DNA from: Vicugna vicugna
Lineage: Eukaryota
Length of the DNA: 64,000 nt
Assembly: GCA_013265495.1 (NCBI GenBank)
Contig: MU059330.1
Location: 14,021,980 to 14,085,979 of the forward strand
Direction: 5' to 3'
Both the position numbers and the translations under genes were made by a program. The notes under the pieces are model-generated. The model was not told the origin of the DNA and ran no database searches. It was given only the letters and a program-made list of their open reading frames with translations. Positions 1 to 12,199 of the stretch are shown piece after piece. Each line of letters starts with the position of its first letter. Within the stretch, counting starts at the first letter, position 1.

Positions 1-99
1 AGCGTCCCCGTCTGGGGACTGCCTGTGTGCGTGTTCCCCGCAGTGCGGGTCCCTCTGCTTTCTCAGAGCCAAATAGAAGTCCTTATGTTATCAGAGGAG

Positions 100-278
100 G
101 CTAGTTTTTCTAACCACATTCACCATAACCATCTTTTTGCCCAGTTGTGGCTTTTATTTTCAGCTGGTTTAAGGTGAGGCTTTTCCAACGTAGTTTAAAT
201 GTCTCTCGTTGGCTTGTGCTTTTGCTGAACTTAGTAAGGAATTCTCCTCTACCTCAAAGTCGTTAAGATAATCTCCAG
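100..278 (-). mobile_element. Ancient L1 ORF2 fragment, antisense
   Basis: ttttgctgaacttagtaaggaattctcctctacctcaaagtcgttaagataatctcc resembles antisense L1M ORF2 (recalled consensus). Confidence 0.5.
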
Positions 279-529
279 AGAAAGACACACACGACAACAC
301 TTACACGCGGAATCTAAAAAAGCAACACGATCTTATCTATGAAACGGAGGTAGGCCCCCCCACACAGAACACGAACTTGCGGTCCCCAGAGGGGGAGGTC
401 GGGGAGGGTGAAGGAGGAGCCCGAGGTGAACAGACACACACACTGAGCGACGGCCAGGCCTGCCGCACAGCGAGGGAACTGCCTTCGGGGTCTTGCAATG
501 GCCCAGAGTAAGGAAAGGTGTGACAGAGA

Positions 530-605
530 GCACACGTGTGTGTAACTGAGCCACGTTGCTGGCGCACAACACTGCAAGTCAACTGTGCTTCAGCAAAACA
601 TTGTT
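530..605 (+). mobile_element. L1 3' terminal fragment, GC-shifted
   Basis: Aligns by eye to the L1 3' end at 14201-14270 (taactg...ttgctg...tcaact...cttca). Confidence 0.55.
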
Positions 606-703
606 CATACGTCAGATAAAATAAAACTGTCAAAAAAGGCAATCTGCAGTTTTTACCTTAAAGGTTACACTTCCCACGTTGAGCCACGTATTCACTTGTG
701 TCT

Positions 704-800
704 TTTAAAACTGTGGTAAAATGAACGTAATGTAAGATCTGCCGTTTTAGCCCTTTCTAAGTGTACAGCCCAGCGGCATTTAGCCCATTCTCCCCCTGCG
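704..800 (-). mobile_element. Old L1 (L1MB-like) 3' end fragment, antisense
   Basis: ttttaaaactgtggtaaaat...ccgttttagccctttctaagtgtacag...ggcatttag resembles antisense L1MB 3' termini. Confidence 0.5.
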
Positions 801-3800
801 CCGCCTCACAGGCTCTCTCCTCTCCCCACCAGACTCGTTCCTCCAAGAGACTGTGACTGTGACGGACCGTCCCCCGAGAGCCCTGGGACCAGATAATTGC
901 ACATCCCTGTCCTCGGGGGGCTGGCCCTCAGGACACCCGTGCATCCTCAGTGATCAGTGACAGGCAGCACCCGGGAGCCAGGAGGGCTGCGCTCTACCCC
1001 TCCGACCTGCCAGGTGACGAGTGAGGCCGGGCGCCACCACATGGGGAGGCTCTGACTCTGACAGGACCCAGCTCGCCTGGAGGAGCTTCCGCTGAGAAAG
1101 GGCGCCTGGCGGCGAAAGTGAGCCGCGGTGGCTGTAGGTGAGGGCGCCTGCGGGCAGGTTTCTGTTTTTCTGGAGCAGGGATGAGACGCAGCTGGTGCCC
1201 CGGGTGGGCAGCAAGGCCACCATGCAATTGGTCAGGGGCCGGTCCACAAGAGGAGGATGAGTGCCGGCCGGCCTGGAGGTGTGAATGGTGTCCTGGCACC
1301 GGGAGGGGTGGCTTCGAGGACAGCCCCGCCCTGGGGTCCCAGGAGACAGGGGCCTCCATGGATACCCCAGCAGTATCTTCACACGCAGCTGGTGGGGCCA
1401 CTGCGTGGCCACAGCTCCCCCTGGTTTGCCAACAGCGACAGTCTCCTCGGGATAGGCGTCCGTGACACATCCGGCCAGTGGAGGCAGAGTGTCCACCTGT
1501 GGTGAGGCCACCCGGCTCAGAACATGCCCCAAATGGACCAGCAGTGTTGGGGACATCTCTGGACCGACTCGCGGTGCCGGGGAAGAGCCGTCTGGCCAGG
1601 CCAGCTGGGGACGGCTGGGGACCCCTGACTGAGCCGAGGCCGGACGCGCTCGCCGCCCTGTACTGCACCTCTCCCGCCAGCCCAGCCCCCCGGCCATGTC
1701 CAGCCTGTCCCAAGTCACGTCACTCCAGTGAGTTCCGTCAGACCGTGGAGACAAAGCCATCAGGGAGACGTCCCCAGAGCCAGTGGCTGAGGCAGGCAGG
1801 CCCCTGTGGGGCCTGGAGAGGCCCATCCCAGGAAGAGGAACCATCCAGGGTCTCCCAGGGCCCCTGCAGCTCACCCTGCAGAGTCCGCACAGCGGCACGT
1901 GGGCAGAGCAGCCAAGGATTCAGGGAGCAGGTGGCCATTCCGGGCTGCGGACTGGAAAACGGGTCATGAGGCCTGGAGCCTGCTCAACTGTTGGCATTTT
2001 CTTTAAGAGAAAGGTGTAAAACCACGTAGCAGATAAAGGAGGACTGAGCGTTTGCTTAGGATGGAAAAGAAACGGCAAACTTGCAAACGCTTTAGGTCTG
2101 CAGCAACAGCCCAGAGCACGGGAGGGGCCGAGGTCTGGCCCTGCGCCCCCAAACCTGGGACCCTCCCCGCCGCCGGCCCGCAGCCTGGACCCGGGAGCGC
2201 GGAGCCCAGCGCAGCCGGGCCACTCCCTGTGGGAGCCCTGCCCTGTGAACTCTGGCCCCCCTCAGCCCCACACCCCTCGGCCAGGGCCGCGTTTGGATTT
2301 TTCTCCTTGCGGTCACAGAGGTGGGGAGGTTGTGTGGCAGCCCACCGCCCAGAGCTGTGACCTCACCCGGGGAAGGGACAGCCCCACCCCCACCGCCTCC
2401 CTTCATCCCCGAGAACATTCCAGAAAGATCAGGGAAGCGGGGCCCCCGGAGCTGGAGGGTGGTTGCTCCTCAGGGCCCTGGGTGGGACGGCTGTCGTCTC
2501 TGTGGCTGGTGGGTGAGTGCTCCCTGCCCTCGTGCCGTCAGCCAGCCCCTCCCATGGATGCCAAGGCGACAGGCCTGCGTCTGGGGGACAGACACGGGCT
2601 GGAGGTCAGGGTCCCTGAGGCTGGCCCTGGGCTTGCCTGGCCCAGAGAGGAGGGACGAGGCCTTGCTTCCTGGAACCGAGGACTTTTGCTAGAGCCATTC
2701 TCCCTGCGAGAACAGTGAACACGGAGGCACGAGCCCTGGGACGCTGCAGGCGTCACTGAGGCTGGCAGTGGGGGTGAAGGGGGCGCTCGGGGGCCCTTAC
2801 TGCCCCCCACTGCCCATGCTCTGAGGTTCACCAGAGACCGCGGGGCCCCGGGTGCCGTCACTTCCGTTCTCCCACCGTGATCCCCCTGAACTTGGCCCCC
2901 CAGTGAGTAACCTCTTGGCTCCAGCCAGCAGCCTGCAGGGTGACCCCTGCCCGCCACGGTCTTCCCCACCCCTTCCCACTGGGCTGCGTCCCCTCCACAA
3001 ACACTGCCGACGGCTCTGCCTCCTTCCACCCGCGTCCCTGAGCTGCGCTGACATCCAGGCGTCCCTTACGCGTCTGGTGGTCAGGAAACTAGTTGGCATT
3101 GAGGCTCTGAAAGGACCTCAGCCAAGGCAAGGCCTGGGGTCCCCAGCAGTGACAAACAACCGTTCAATGAGGTGACAACTGAGATCTGAGCCTGCGATGC
3201 CGTGGGGGGAGACGGCGGCGCCAACAGGCAAAGGGAACCCACACCACAGTCAGGTGCTGACACACGCACTGGTCTTATTTTCCACTGACTCTCCCTGTTA
3301 CAGGAAACTTCCTTTACTACTGAGGTTTTTTAAACAAGTTCTAAAGGATTAAGATAGAAAGATTAAATTGGAGCCTACGCACCAGCTGCACGCAGTGCGT
3401 GGGGCTGACGGCGCAGGAGCGGGAGCCACAGGCGCGGCGTGGACGAGGGCGCGTGGCAGTCGGGTTTGCGGCAGATTTTACTGCGAGTTACGTCTTGAGG
3501 TGGAACGCGATTCTCAGGACAGACAGCACTGCAGGACGCACCTTCTGAGGAATGTCTGCTCCAGTCGGTCCCTGTGCATCTTCGCGTCTGGACTCGGATG
3601 AGCTAGGGGAGGCGTGTCCAGCAGCCCTGCGGCCCCAAAGGCCCGAAACAGGCGAGGTGTCTGGTGCGGGATTCCGCCTCCCCGCCCAGCCACCTGCAGG
3701 GAGCCCTGGGCCGCAGGCGTCCTGACCGCCCCCTTCAAGCCCTAACCCCGAGACGTAACGGACTCCACAGCAGGACGAGTGAACGCCTGCTTTCCACTGT

Positions 3801-4663
3801 GGGGATTTAAATCCACTGGGCACCTCCTTGGGTGCGGGGAGACCCACCGCATTTCCCGGTGTGCGTGCTACACGCAGAACCCATTTTCACATCTCATGCT
3901 TGTTCAGTACAACCGTGGCTGCAGAAATGACGGGGGGCGAGGTTGCAAGGGCCACACTGGGGCTCCTGCGTGGCTAACCGCTCAGAGGATCCGTCTCCTG
4001 TCACCACCCCACCTGCAGGAATTGCCTGTGGACGCTTAGCAACGTGGGAGGCATGTCCGCAACCCCGGGCAGCGCTGTGCCCCTGGGATGCCCCACACCC
4101 CGGGGAAGACATGCTGGATGCCAGGAATGAGGAAGTGACCCTAAACTGTTTTGTTGAAGACACTTTGTGAATCACAGTAACAGTTTAAAGCAACAAGCAG
4201 CGTTGTGGACACTTCATGAATTCACCTGAAATATACTGTGTTGCCACACGCAGAATTCCCCGGGGTTTCTTTTTTAAAGGGGAAAAGTCAGTTTCCTTAG
4301 ATCTTACTGCCCATCGACCTTTGACGCTGGAGGCGGCTCCGCGCTCCCCCGCCCCCGCCCCCACCCCCGCTCACTTCCTCGGTGCCTGGACGAGTATGAG
4401 GCTGGACCGCTCGCTTGGTGGTTTCCTCTGCAAATCTCCTGACAATGATCAGAGAGGAAGCAGGGCCTGGAGGCAGCCACTCCCACGGACTCCAGTGAGC
4501 AGGGGGTGGAATTAGAATTCAGAATTGGAACCAGCCACCTCCAGCCCCTGTTGACGAACTTTTCTCCAAAGCACAGCGTCCCGGTGACATCCAGGCATGT
4601 GCATCAACAGCTTCAAGTAAGAGCACACATCACAGTTAGAGACAGGAGCCGTCTGGGATTTAA

Positions 4664-4698
4664 AGTAACAACAGCAACAACCACCACCACAACAACCG
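4664..4698 (+). repeat. Imperfect (AAC/CAC)n trinucleotide microsatellite
   Basis: taacaacagcaacaaccaccaccacaacaacc. Confidence 0.8.
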
Positions 4699-7600
4699 CA
4701 GAACATCAGCCCAGCTCGCCCCCGAGAGGCTGCGGTGTGGACGGGCCACCGGTCGTGAACCCTGAGCAGGTCCTGACCCAGGCTCAGGCCAGGCTTTACA
4801 CGCCATGAGACAAGGGAAGGAAGCCCCCCGGCGTGCGCAGCAGGTGACAAGCAGCTGGACTCCGCGTGTTGGTGGGGAAGGTCGTTCGTGCTTTTCGCGC
4901 CGAAGCGGACAGTGGCCGTGTCTTAAGAGCTTTCTGCAAGCCCCGCTTTTGCTGAAGTTCGACACCAAGATGCTGCCTGCAGTAACCCTTGAGCCGGGCC
5001 GTCATACGAACCCCCTTTCACAGAGGAGAGAACCCAGGCTTGCGAGCGGAAACGAGCCGTCTGAAGGCCTGGCCCAGCCCGGCAGCCTGGCGGCCCCGGG
5101 GGGGCAGAGGCTCCTCTCCCAGCGCCCTGTCTGCACGCGGGCGCCGTCGTACACTGGGCTCACGTCGCTGTGCTCCCACGCTCGAGGTGCACGTCCGGAG
5201 TGCATGCGTGCTAAACGGCGACAAACCCAAACTGTGAAGGTGAGGTCTGGGGGCCACGTCATCAGAGCAGGACCCGCGTGGCCAGATGTGAACGTGAAGG
5301 AAGTCGCCTGTCAGAGAAAGGGGTGAGGTGCCCAAGGCGGTCGGGACTCTGCTAAGTGCGCCGCGTTGGCAGTGCTTTCTCCCCGGTCATCTTGTTGGGA
5401 GCTGAAATCGCACCAGCTTTCCAAAAACCCCCACTTGCGGTGCCGGATCCAGCTCTCAAAGAACTGTGACTACCTCCCTAGCTTCCACAAAGCAGCCGAC
5501 GCTTTGCGCTTCCCGGCTGCAGCAAAGAGAAAGCTGTCCTGAGATCTCAGAGCCACGCCCTCGTCCGCCCCGAGTTCCCGCCTGTCCGTGCACAGGGCGG
5601 CGGCCCAGGAAGACGCGCCCCCCACCCCGAGACTGCGAGGGCTCTGGAGCCCTGGCCGCGCCTGGCGCCCTTCCACACACCTCGCCTGCACTCACCGGAG
5701 ATGCACACACCCTCCAGGCGGGCCCAGCTGACCCCTGCTTCACAGGCGAGGACGGGGCGCCGCGGACCCCCCAGGGGCATCGCAGAGCCCCGGCTCCTGA
5801 GCCTCAGCCCCTCACGTCACAGAAGGCAGCTGCGTGATTAGGAAGGACTAGGGGCTGGTGCTGGCTCGTCCCAGCCGGGGGGTCACCGCTGGCTCCCAGC
5901 GGGTTTCCAGGACAACCCTTAATTCTGAGCTGGGGGCAAGGGGGACCTCCAGGACCACTGCCAGGCAGCAACCTCGCCCTCACCAAAGGGACTGGCATCG
6001 CGGACACGTGGAAGTACTTCCTTTCCAGCTTGAAAAACACGAATGCAGAATAAGCAGGTTCCCTGGGGTTATTAGTGCATGCTCTAAGTGGAGACCGTTC
6101 GAAAAACACGATGAAGTGGAAGATACGCTGCTTCAGGTCGGACTGAGCAAGCCTCCCGGCCGCGAGGCCGGCGCGCCCAGTTCCGCCTCGCGGTCCTTCC
6201 TCAAGCACCGGGGCTGCTCTCCTCTCCTGTTTCACCGGATACGCCCTCTTTATCGAGTCTTTAAGGTCAAGTGGCTTGTAAAAGACGTCTGACCCAACGC
6301 GAGTTCTCAGCCTTATCAACTTAAGGACTGAAAATGTGCACAAGGGTCCTGTCGCAACCGGTGCCCTGAAGCTGGGGCGTCAGGTGGTTCCCTGCACCTG
6401 CTCCCGGAGACCAAGCGCTTCCACGCCGGGTATCATCCCTGTTTGCTGAAGCAAGAACCACTTGTACCGAGTGAAGCCCTGGGCGGCCACCGCCGACGTC
6501 CATGCACGGAGGGGAGGGGCGTGAGGAGGGCAGGCGTGCGTGCAGCCGTGCGTGCGGGGCAGCTCTGCGCGAGGTACGGGCGTGCGTGCAGGCACAGGCT
6601 GCGAGCAGCGGACCCAGGGCTGCCCACGGCCCCACTGCACAGCTTGCCCATCCGCGCTGCCCCTCAGCTCCGGGCTGAGTGAGGGCTGCGACGCTGCCCT
6701 CGAGCGTAAGAGTCCTCGCCGAAGACCCGGTGCCCAGCAATCACATCCCAGTGGGAGGCAAGGGGGCGGGGGACTCACATCAACCCCACCCCCAGCCGAC
6801 CCCGCTGGGCCTGGCTCTGGGCCTCACAAGACAGGCCTCCACTGGAGGGAGCGGTGTTCTCAGCTCCTCTCCCTGCTTTCCTCCTGGACCCCTTTCAGAC
6901 CTTCTCAAATGCCCTCTCCTCCTCAGACACCTTCCTGACCTTCCAGCGGGAGTTACCGCTTCCTTCTTCCAGCTTCTGGGTCTTTCCAGCAGGTCCCTCC
7001 CCACACGCACCTGCTGGGCCCACCTGTGACAGTGCAGGGTCCTCCCCCAGCTGGAGGCAGAACCCCATCCCCACCCCGAGCACCCTGGCCCTGGCCGCAT
7101 GGAGGCTCGTCAGACCGCGAGCGGGAAGATCTGTGCCACTACGCCGTCTGGGAACGTGTGAGTTCTCCAAATGAGTCTCTTCTCTCTTTTTTTTCAGACA
7201 ATGATATGATACAACCAAAATGTCCCCAGAGCTTAGAGCAAAGGTGACACTTTTGAGAAACGTCTCCTGGTGCCTTACAACGTTCTCGGGCTTTGCAATG
7301 AATAAAAAAGTCCCGGGCGTCAGAGCACTAAGGGCGGGGGCCCCTCCTGAAGGGACAGCGGGGGCTTTGGGGAGTGAGGCGGTGTGGGAAGGGGTGAGGG
7401 GGCCGGGCCAGGAGCCCTGCGGAAACTGAGGCGAGGATGGCTCGGGGCTGAGAGAGGAAGCAGGAGGCAGGGACGGCCAGAGGGACCTCAAAGGGCTCTG
7501 CAGTCTATCTCAATACACAGCGGCCAGTGCCGAAATCTAGTCTGACATCAAAGGATCACAACCACATCTTCCCGAGCTTTGCTTTTTCAGTCCAAGCATC

Positions 7601-8854
7601 CCTAGTGGCCTGTTCTTTCATCCGGACTAAGTTCACTTGCAAGTTGCAGAAAGATCCAAAGTGGCAACAACTTGAAGCTAGAAGCTCACTTCTTCCCAGT
7701 CATGAAGGCCAGTGGCAGCCCCAGGTTTGGGGGCACCGTCCACGCTCCACGAGGTCCGGAACCCAGGCTCCATCTCTCTGGTTGCTCTGGTAGCACGCCT
7801 TCCACTCCGAAAGTTGTTTCACGGCCCAAGATGGATGCTGTAGCTCCAGCCATTACATTCACCTACCAGCCATTAGGAAAGCACCCTCTCCTTAAGGGTG
7901 CTTCCCAGAAGTCCCACAAATCTTGTGCTTGTGTCCCATCTGGCTCCAAACTGAGTCACATGAGTACAGCTAACTGGCAGGTAGGCTGGGAAATGCCATC
8001 TTTATCCCGGGTGACAATACTTCCTTCTGAGATGTACATGTTCTGTCACTAAGGAGGTGAGGAAGGATGTGGCCTGGCCTCTGTCCCCTCCTCATCGTCA
8101 ATCTCCTCTTTCAGGAACATACCTTTCCTTTGAAAAGTGAGATTTTTCTTTGTAAATTTGTTGAAAATAATTCAACACACTATTTCTCAAAGTCAACTGG
8201 AATGAGTTACTGTGAGCAATTTTTTTTCATAAGACAGCACAGTTTTGAGAATATGTTTTCATATGTGTGCTTTTGGGGGGACATTTTAGGAAGCAAAATT
8301 ACATGCAAACACTTGCTCTGCAAACCCAGCATGTGAAGGAGCTGTGCCTCTGAGTTTCCAAGTCGGTTTGGTTTGCCCAGAGGCCCCCTGAAATGAGCAG
8401 CGTCTCAGACTGTGCTCCACGCCGAGGACCACCGTCTTCCTGCCAAGGAAGGTGGGACAGGTGACACTGCTAAGGGAGGCGCCGCCTGGATGATGAGACT
8501 TTAAATCCCCAGGGGCCCCTTAAACCTGCATCTCCAGGACAGTGGCGTGGATCGCTGGCACGCTGTCGGCGTCACACACTTGTGTGGTGAGGGTGACATT
8601 AAATGATCATCGAAAAGTAAATGAGTCAAAAATTACAAATAAAATATAAAATAATGTCAAGTCTCTGGGTCCTTACTTGATGTCAAACGTCTGTGTCTTT
8701 GAGGAAGACGGTTTTATCTGAAATCCGAGTCCAAACTCTGTAAAACTAAGACCTCTGTCGAGAAGGCAGCCTGCAGCCGTGAGTGACCGCAGGGCACCGT
8801 CCGTCCTGACACACGAGCAGAGGGCAAAGCCCATGAGAGTCACGGCCGCAGCCT

Positions 8855-8930
8855 TCACAGTCCTGACTAGGATCTCGGCCACTGTTTCTTGTGTCTCAAT
8901 TTTTCTGTCTGTAAAATGGCCCTATATCGC
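8855..8930 (-). mobile_element. MIR-like SINE fragment
   Basis: tgtgtctcaatttttctgtctgtaaaatgg resembles the MIR core (cctcagtttcctcatctgtaaaatgg). Confidence 0.45.
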
Positions 8931-10573
8931 CGGAGTGAGGAGGAGGGGAGGGAGGGAGGGAACAAGAGGCCTGGAGGGGAGGGGGAGCCTGGGGAAGGTG
9001 CCGTCAGGGGTGGATGAGGGAGCAGGCGTCACCCGCCAAGGCCAGGAAGGTGGCAGGAGACTCCCGGCCCCAGGAAGCCCAAGGAGAAAGGCTCTGAGGA
9101 GGGGCGAGGGCAGCAGCGAGATGCCCTTGAGCGTCCAGATGCTGACAGACAAGGACCCCGGCGCCACGCAGAGCCCAGGTGGCCACAGGAGGGAGAGGGG
9201 TCTGAGGGCACTGGGCTCAGGGCTTGTCCTGCTCCAGCTCTCGGGGGAGACGGGTGCTGTGGTGCCCACCATCCAGAGAAGGCCACCTTCTGCTGCCCTG
9301 GGCACACAACACTGCCACTTCTGGCCAGTTCTGGGCCCACGTGGGGTCGCCAGAGAAAAGCCTGTGCTGAGGGCACCAAACCGACCCAGGCTGGGAGAGA
9401 CGTTGGCCGGGTCACCAGCTCCCGGGCAGCCGGCTCGGCAACGACGCCCCAAGGGCCAGGACGCTGGATGGAGCTGGACGCCTGCAACAGACACTTTCAT
9501 GGCCAGTGCCCCGGCCTCTGCTGGCCTGGGGAGAAGGGAAGGCTCTGGAAGGCCCTCCAGCCAGAAGCCACGTTCACCCTCACTCAGACGGAGAAACAGG
9601 ACTTCCACTGGGCGCTCGGGGACACTGAGGTGTCCGTGTCAGCTTTGTTTCAAGGAGCCATCAGTGTACATTCCTTAGTCTATACCGCAGTGCTTCCCTG
9701 GGTTTCTGTATTGGGTGTGCACCTTGAAACCAAACTGACTGCAGAGGAAGTGACTCTCCTGTGCACAGGACCCACCCCGCAGGTGTGTGCACTGGCTTTT
9801 AGCTGGTTGACCTGCATCGATGTTGTGTTTCGACACGTTGAAGTCCCCAAATAGGCAATATTTTCTTCCTTTTGTCCAACCTGCAGCAGTGCTGAGTTGA
9901 ATACGAAAGCACAGCAGGGAATACTTCACGGTCTTAGAAACTCATTCGCCTGCACCGTCACCTCTGCCGCGTTGGCAGTTGTTCCCTGCACAGGGGTGGG
10001 GGGTCCTGGGGCAGAACTCGGGCCCAGCGGCCCTGTCCCCCGGCTCGCCGGGAGCACTGCAGCTGGACGCCTCCCTCCCGGGGGCTCCCAGCAGATGCCT
10101 GCAGGTGCTCGATCGGCCAGGCTTGGGCAGTTTTGGAGAAGACGCTGAGGACTGGGACAGTCTGCAGCAAACTGGTTGCTTGGGCATCTTAAGGCCAGAT
10201 GTGTATGGAAACTGCCCTAAAGGGCCTGTCGAGCAAATGTAATGAGGACGGTGGGGAACTTGCAGTGAGACAAAGCCTGAGGGCAAGAGGGGCTGCCGGC
10301 CCGCGGGCGAACTCGCTCCCCAGAGCTGGTGGAATCGTGAGGGTTCCTGAGCCGTCCTTTGCAGACTCACTAGGCTGCTTTTGGAAGAGGGCACCTTGGC
10401 TGAGCCGCTTCCACGGAGGTGGTAACCCCCAGCCCATGAGGAAGGGAGCCCTGAGCTCTGATCTCAACAGAGTGATGCCGTGGACAGAGGGGTCACGTGG
10501 AGCCGACACACACTGCCTTTTATCTTTAACATCTAGTCATGGATTTTGCCAAAATTGCCCAAGATTAGCTGGC

Positions 10574-10737
10574 TGCAGTGGGCTGGTCGGTGTCCCCCCA
10601 AAAGAGACGTGCCCAAGTCCCGCTCCCCAGGACCTGCGGATGTGACCTTATTTGGAAACAGGTCTTTGCAGGTGAAACTAAGGTAAAAGCTCGAGGTGAG
10701 ATCCTCCTGAGTCAGAGTGAGCCTTGCGTCCCTCTAG
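10574..10737 (+). mobile_element. MLT1 (MaLR) LTR 5' part
   Basis: tgcagtgggctgg..tgtcccccaaaagagac...atgtgaccttatttggaaacaggtctttgcaggtg: diagnostic MLT1 start and core. Confidence 0.8.
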
Positions 10738-10779
10738 GAGGAAGAAAAGGGCGATTAAAGGCCCACGGGCACTGCGCTC

Positions 10780-12170
10780 TGATTATTAAAGAATCTGAAT
10801 TTGAATTAAAAGGGCTCCAGAAAGACAACGACACCAGCTGGCTTCATGGGAACCCCCACCAAACATCTGAGGAAGAGGTGATGCCGGCGCCACGCAAACT
10901 CGCCCAGAAACTCCGGAAGAACTAAACAGCCCTTCCTAAAGGCCGGCGCTGTGCTGGCACCGAAGCCAGACGTGGACGCTGCAGGAGAGGACACTGCGCC
11001 TGCTCGAATACACAGGCACGTCACCATTTAAAGTGTCTGCACACAGCCTCCAGCAGCGTAAGGAAAAGGATAACGCACTTTGCCCAAGTGGGAAACACAG
11101 GGCTGTCCACTGTCACCACTTCTGTCCAACAGTTCACGCAGGGTTCCAGCCAGTAAGAGAAGTAAAGGGATCCAAGTCAGAACATGAGAACGGGAGGAGT
11201 GAAATGCCTTTATTTGCAGAGAGCACGGTCTCCTGCCTAGAAGACACGGAGCTCACGAGAGAGAACTCACAAGTGAGCCTAGTCAGTTCACGACATGAGA
11301 TCTGCACGAGAAGTAAGGTGCCCTCCTCCACACGAGCAATGAACGATCAGAACGGACGTCTCACGTGTCCTGTGCAGCAGCACCAAAAACTCAACACGCT
11401 GTGGTGAACCCGACAGGAGGCGGTCGAGGTCTCCACTCCGAGAGCCGAGGGGAGCGAAGAAAATGTGAACAAGCTGCGACTCACGCACACCGACAGACCA
11501 CAAGGCTCGATGTTGCTCAGGTGTCACTTCTCCCAAAGTGACCCGTAATCCCGAGCAACACAGTCCCACTCAGAATGACAGAAGGGTCTTCTGTGGAAAG
11601 TCACGGCTGGTTCTAAGATTCACGTGGAAGATGGAAAGGACCTGGGACAACTGGACTGACTTTCAAAAAGGAAAACGAGGCCTGAGGACCAGCACTGAGC
11701 AACCTCAAGACGTGTTGTGAGGCTCCCGCGATCAAGGTGGGGCGGGCTGGGCGCTGAAACGGATAAATAGATCAACGGGCGGACAGACCGCCCAGCAACA
11801 GAAGCACGTGCATGCGGTCAGCTGGCTCCTGACAAAGGTGCACGTGCAATTCCGTGGGGAAACGGTAGTGTTTACCATAAATGGTACGGAACCACAGATG
11901 CCACGTGCAAAAAATTTTTAAAACCATATATATATTATATGTATATATGTATGTATATGTATAATATCATATAAAAATAGCTCAGGAAGGATTATATACT
12001 TAAATGTACAATATAAAATTATAAAAGTTTTTGAAGAGAATAGGTGAAAGTATTTGTGACCTTGGGTTAAGCAGGATTCTTTAGATATGACACTAAAAAG
12101 CAGGATTCATTTTTAAATGATAGCTTTAAAAACAATCACAAAAGACATAGCTAAAAACAAATACAATTCT
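10780..12170 (+). mobile_element. Ancient L1M ORF2 remnant (RT region to C-terminus), fragmented and GC-shifted
   Basis: gctggcttcatgggaacccccaccaaacatctgaggaagagg and ggataaatagatcaacgg...tgacaaaggtgc...ccataaatggt resemble L1 ORF2. Confidence 0.7.
11925..11972. repeat. (TA/TG)n AT-rich microsatellite
   Basis: atatatatattatatgtatatatgtatgtatatgtataatatcatat. Confidence 0.85.
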
Positions 12171-12199
12171 ATGTGCTCAAGTTGGGGCTCATCCAGAAA

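Noticed and set aside
954-1898. 314-aa minus-strand ORF and overlapping ORFs
   Set aside because: Pro/Gly/Arg/Ala-rich, no recognisable domain, with several frames open at once; typical of stop-poor GC-rich DNA.
6534-6589. Three (G/C)CGTGCGTGC repeats as an AhR/XRE cluster
   Set aside because: Only the GCGTG core is present, without the TNGCGTG context; more simply a low-complexity repeat.
8779-9678. 299-aa plus-strand ORF with a 228-aa antisense ORF
   Set aside because: Low-complexity composition, begins over a MIR-like fragment and purine-rich runs; no homology recognised.
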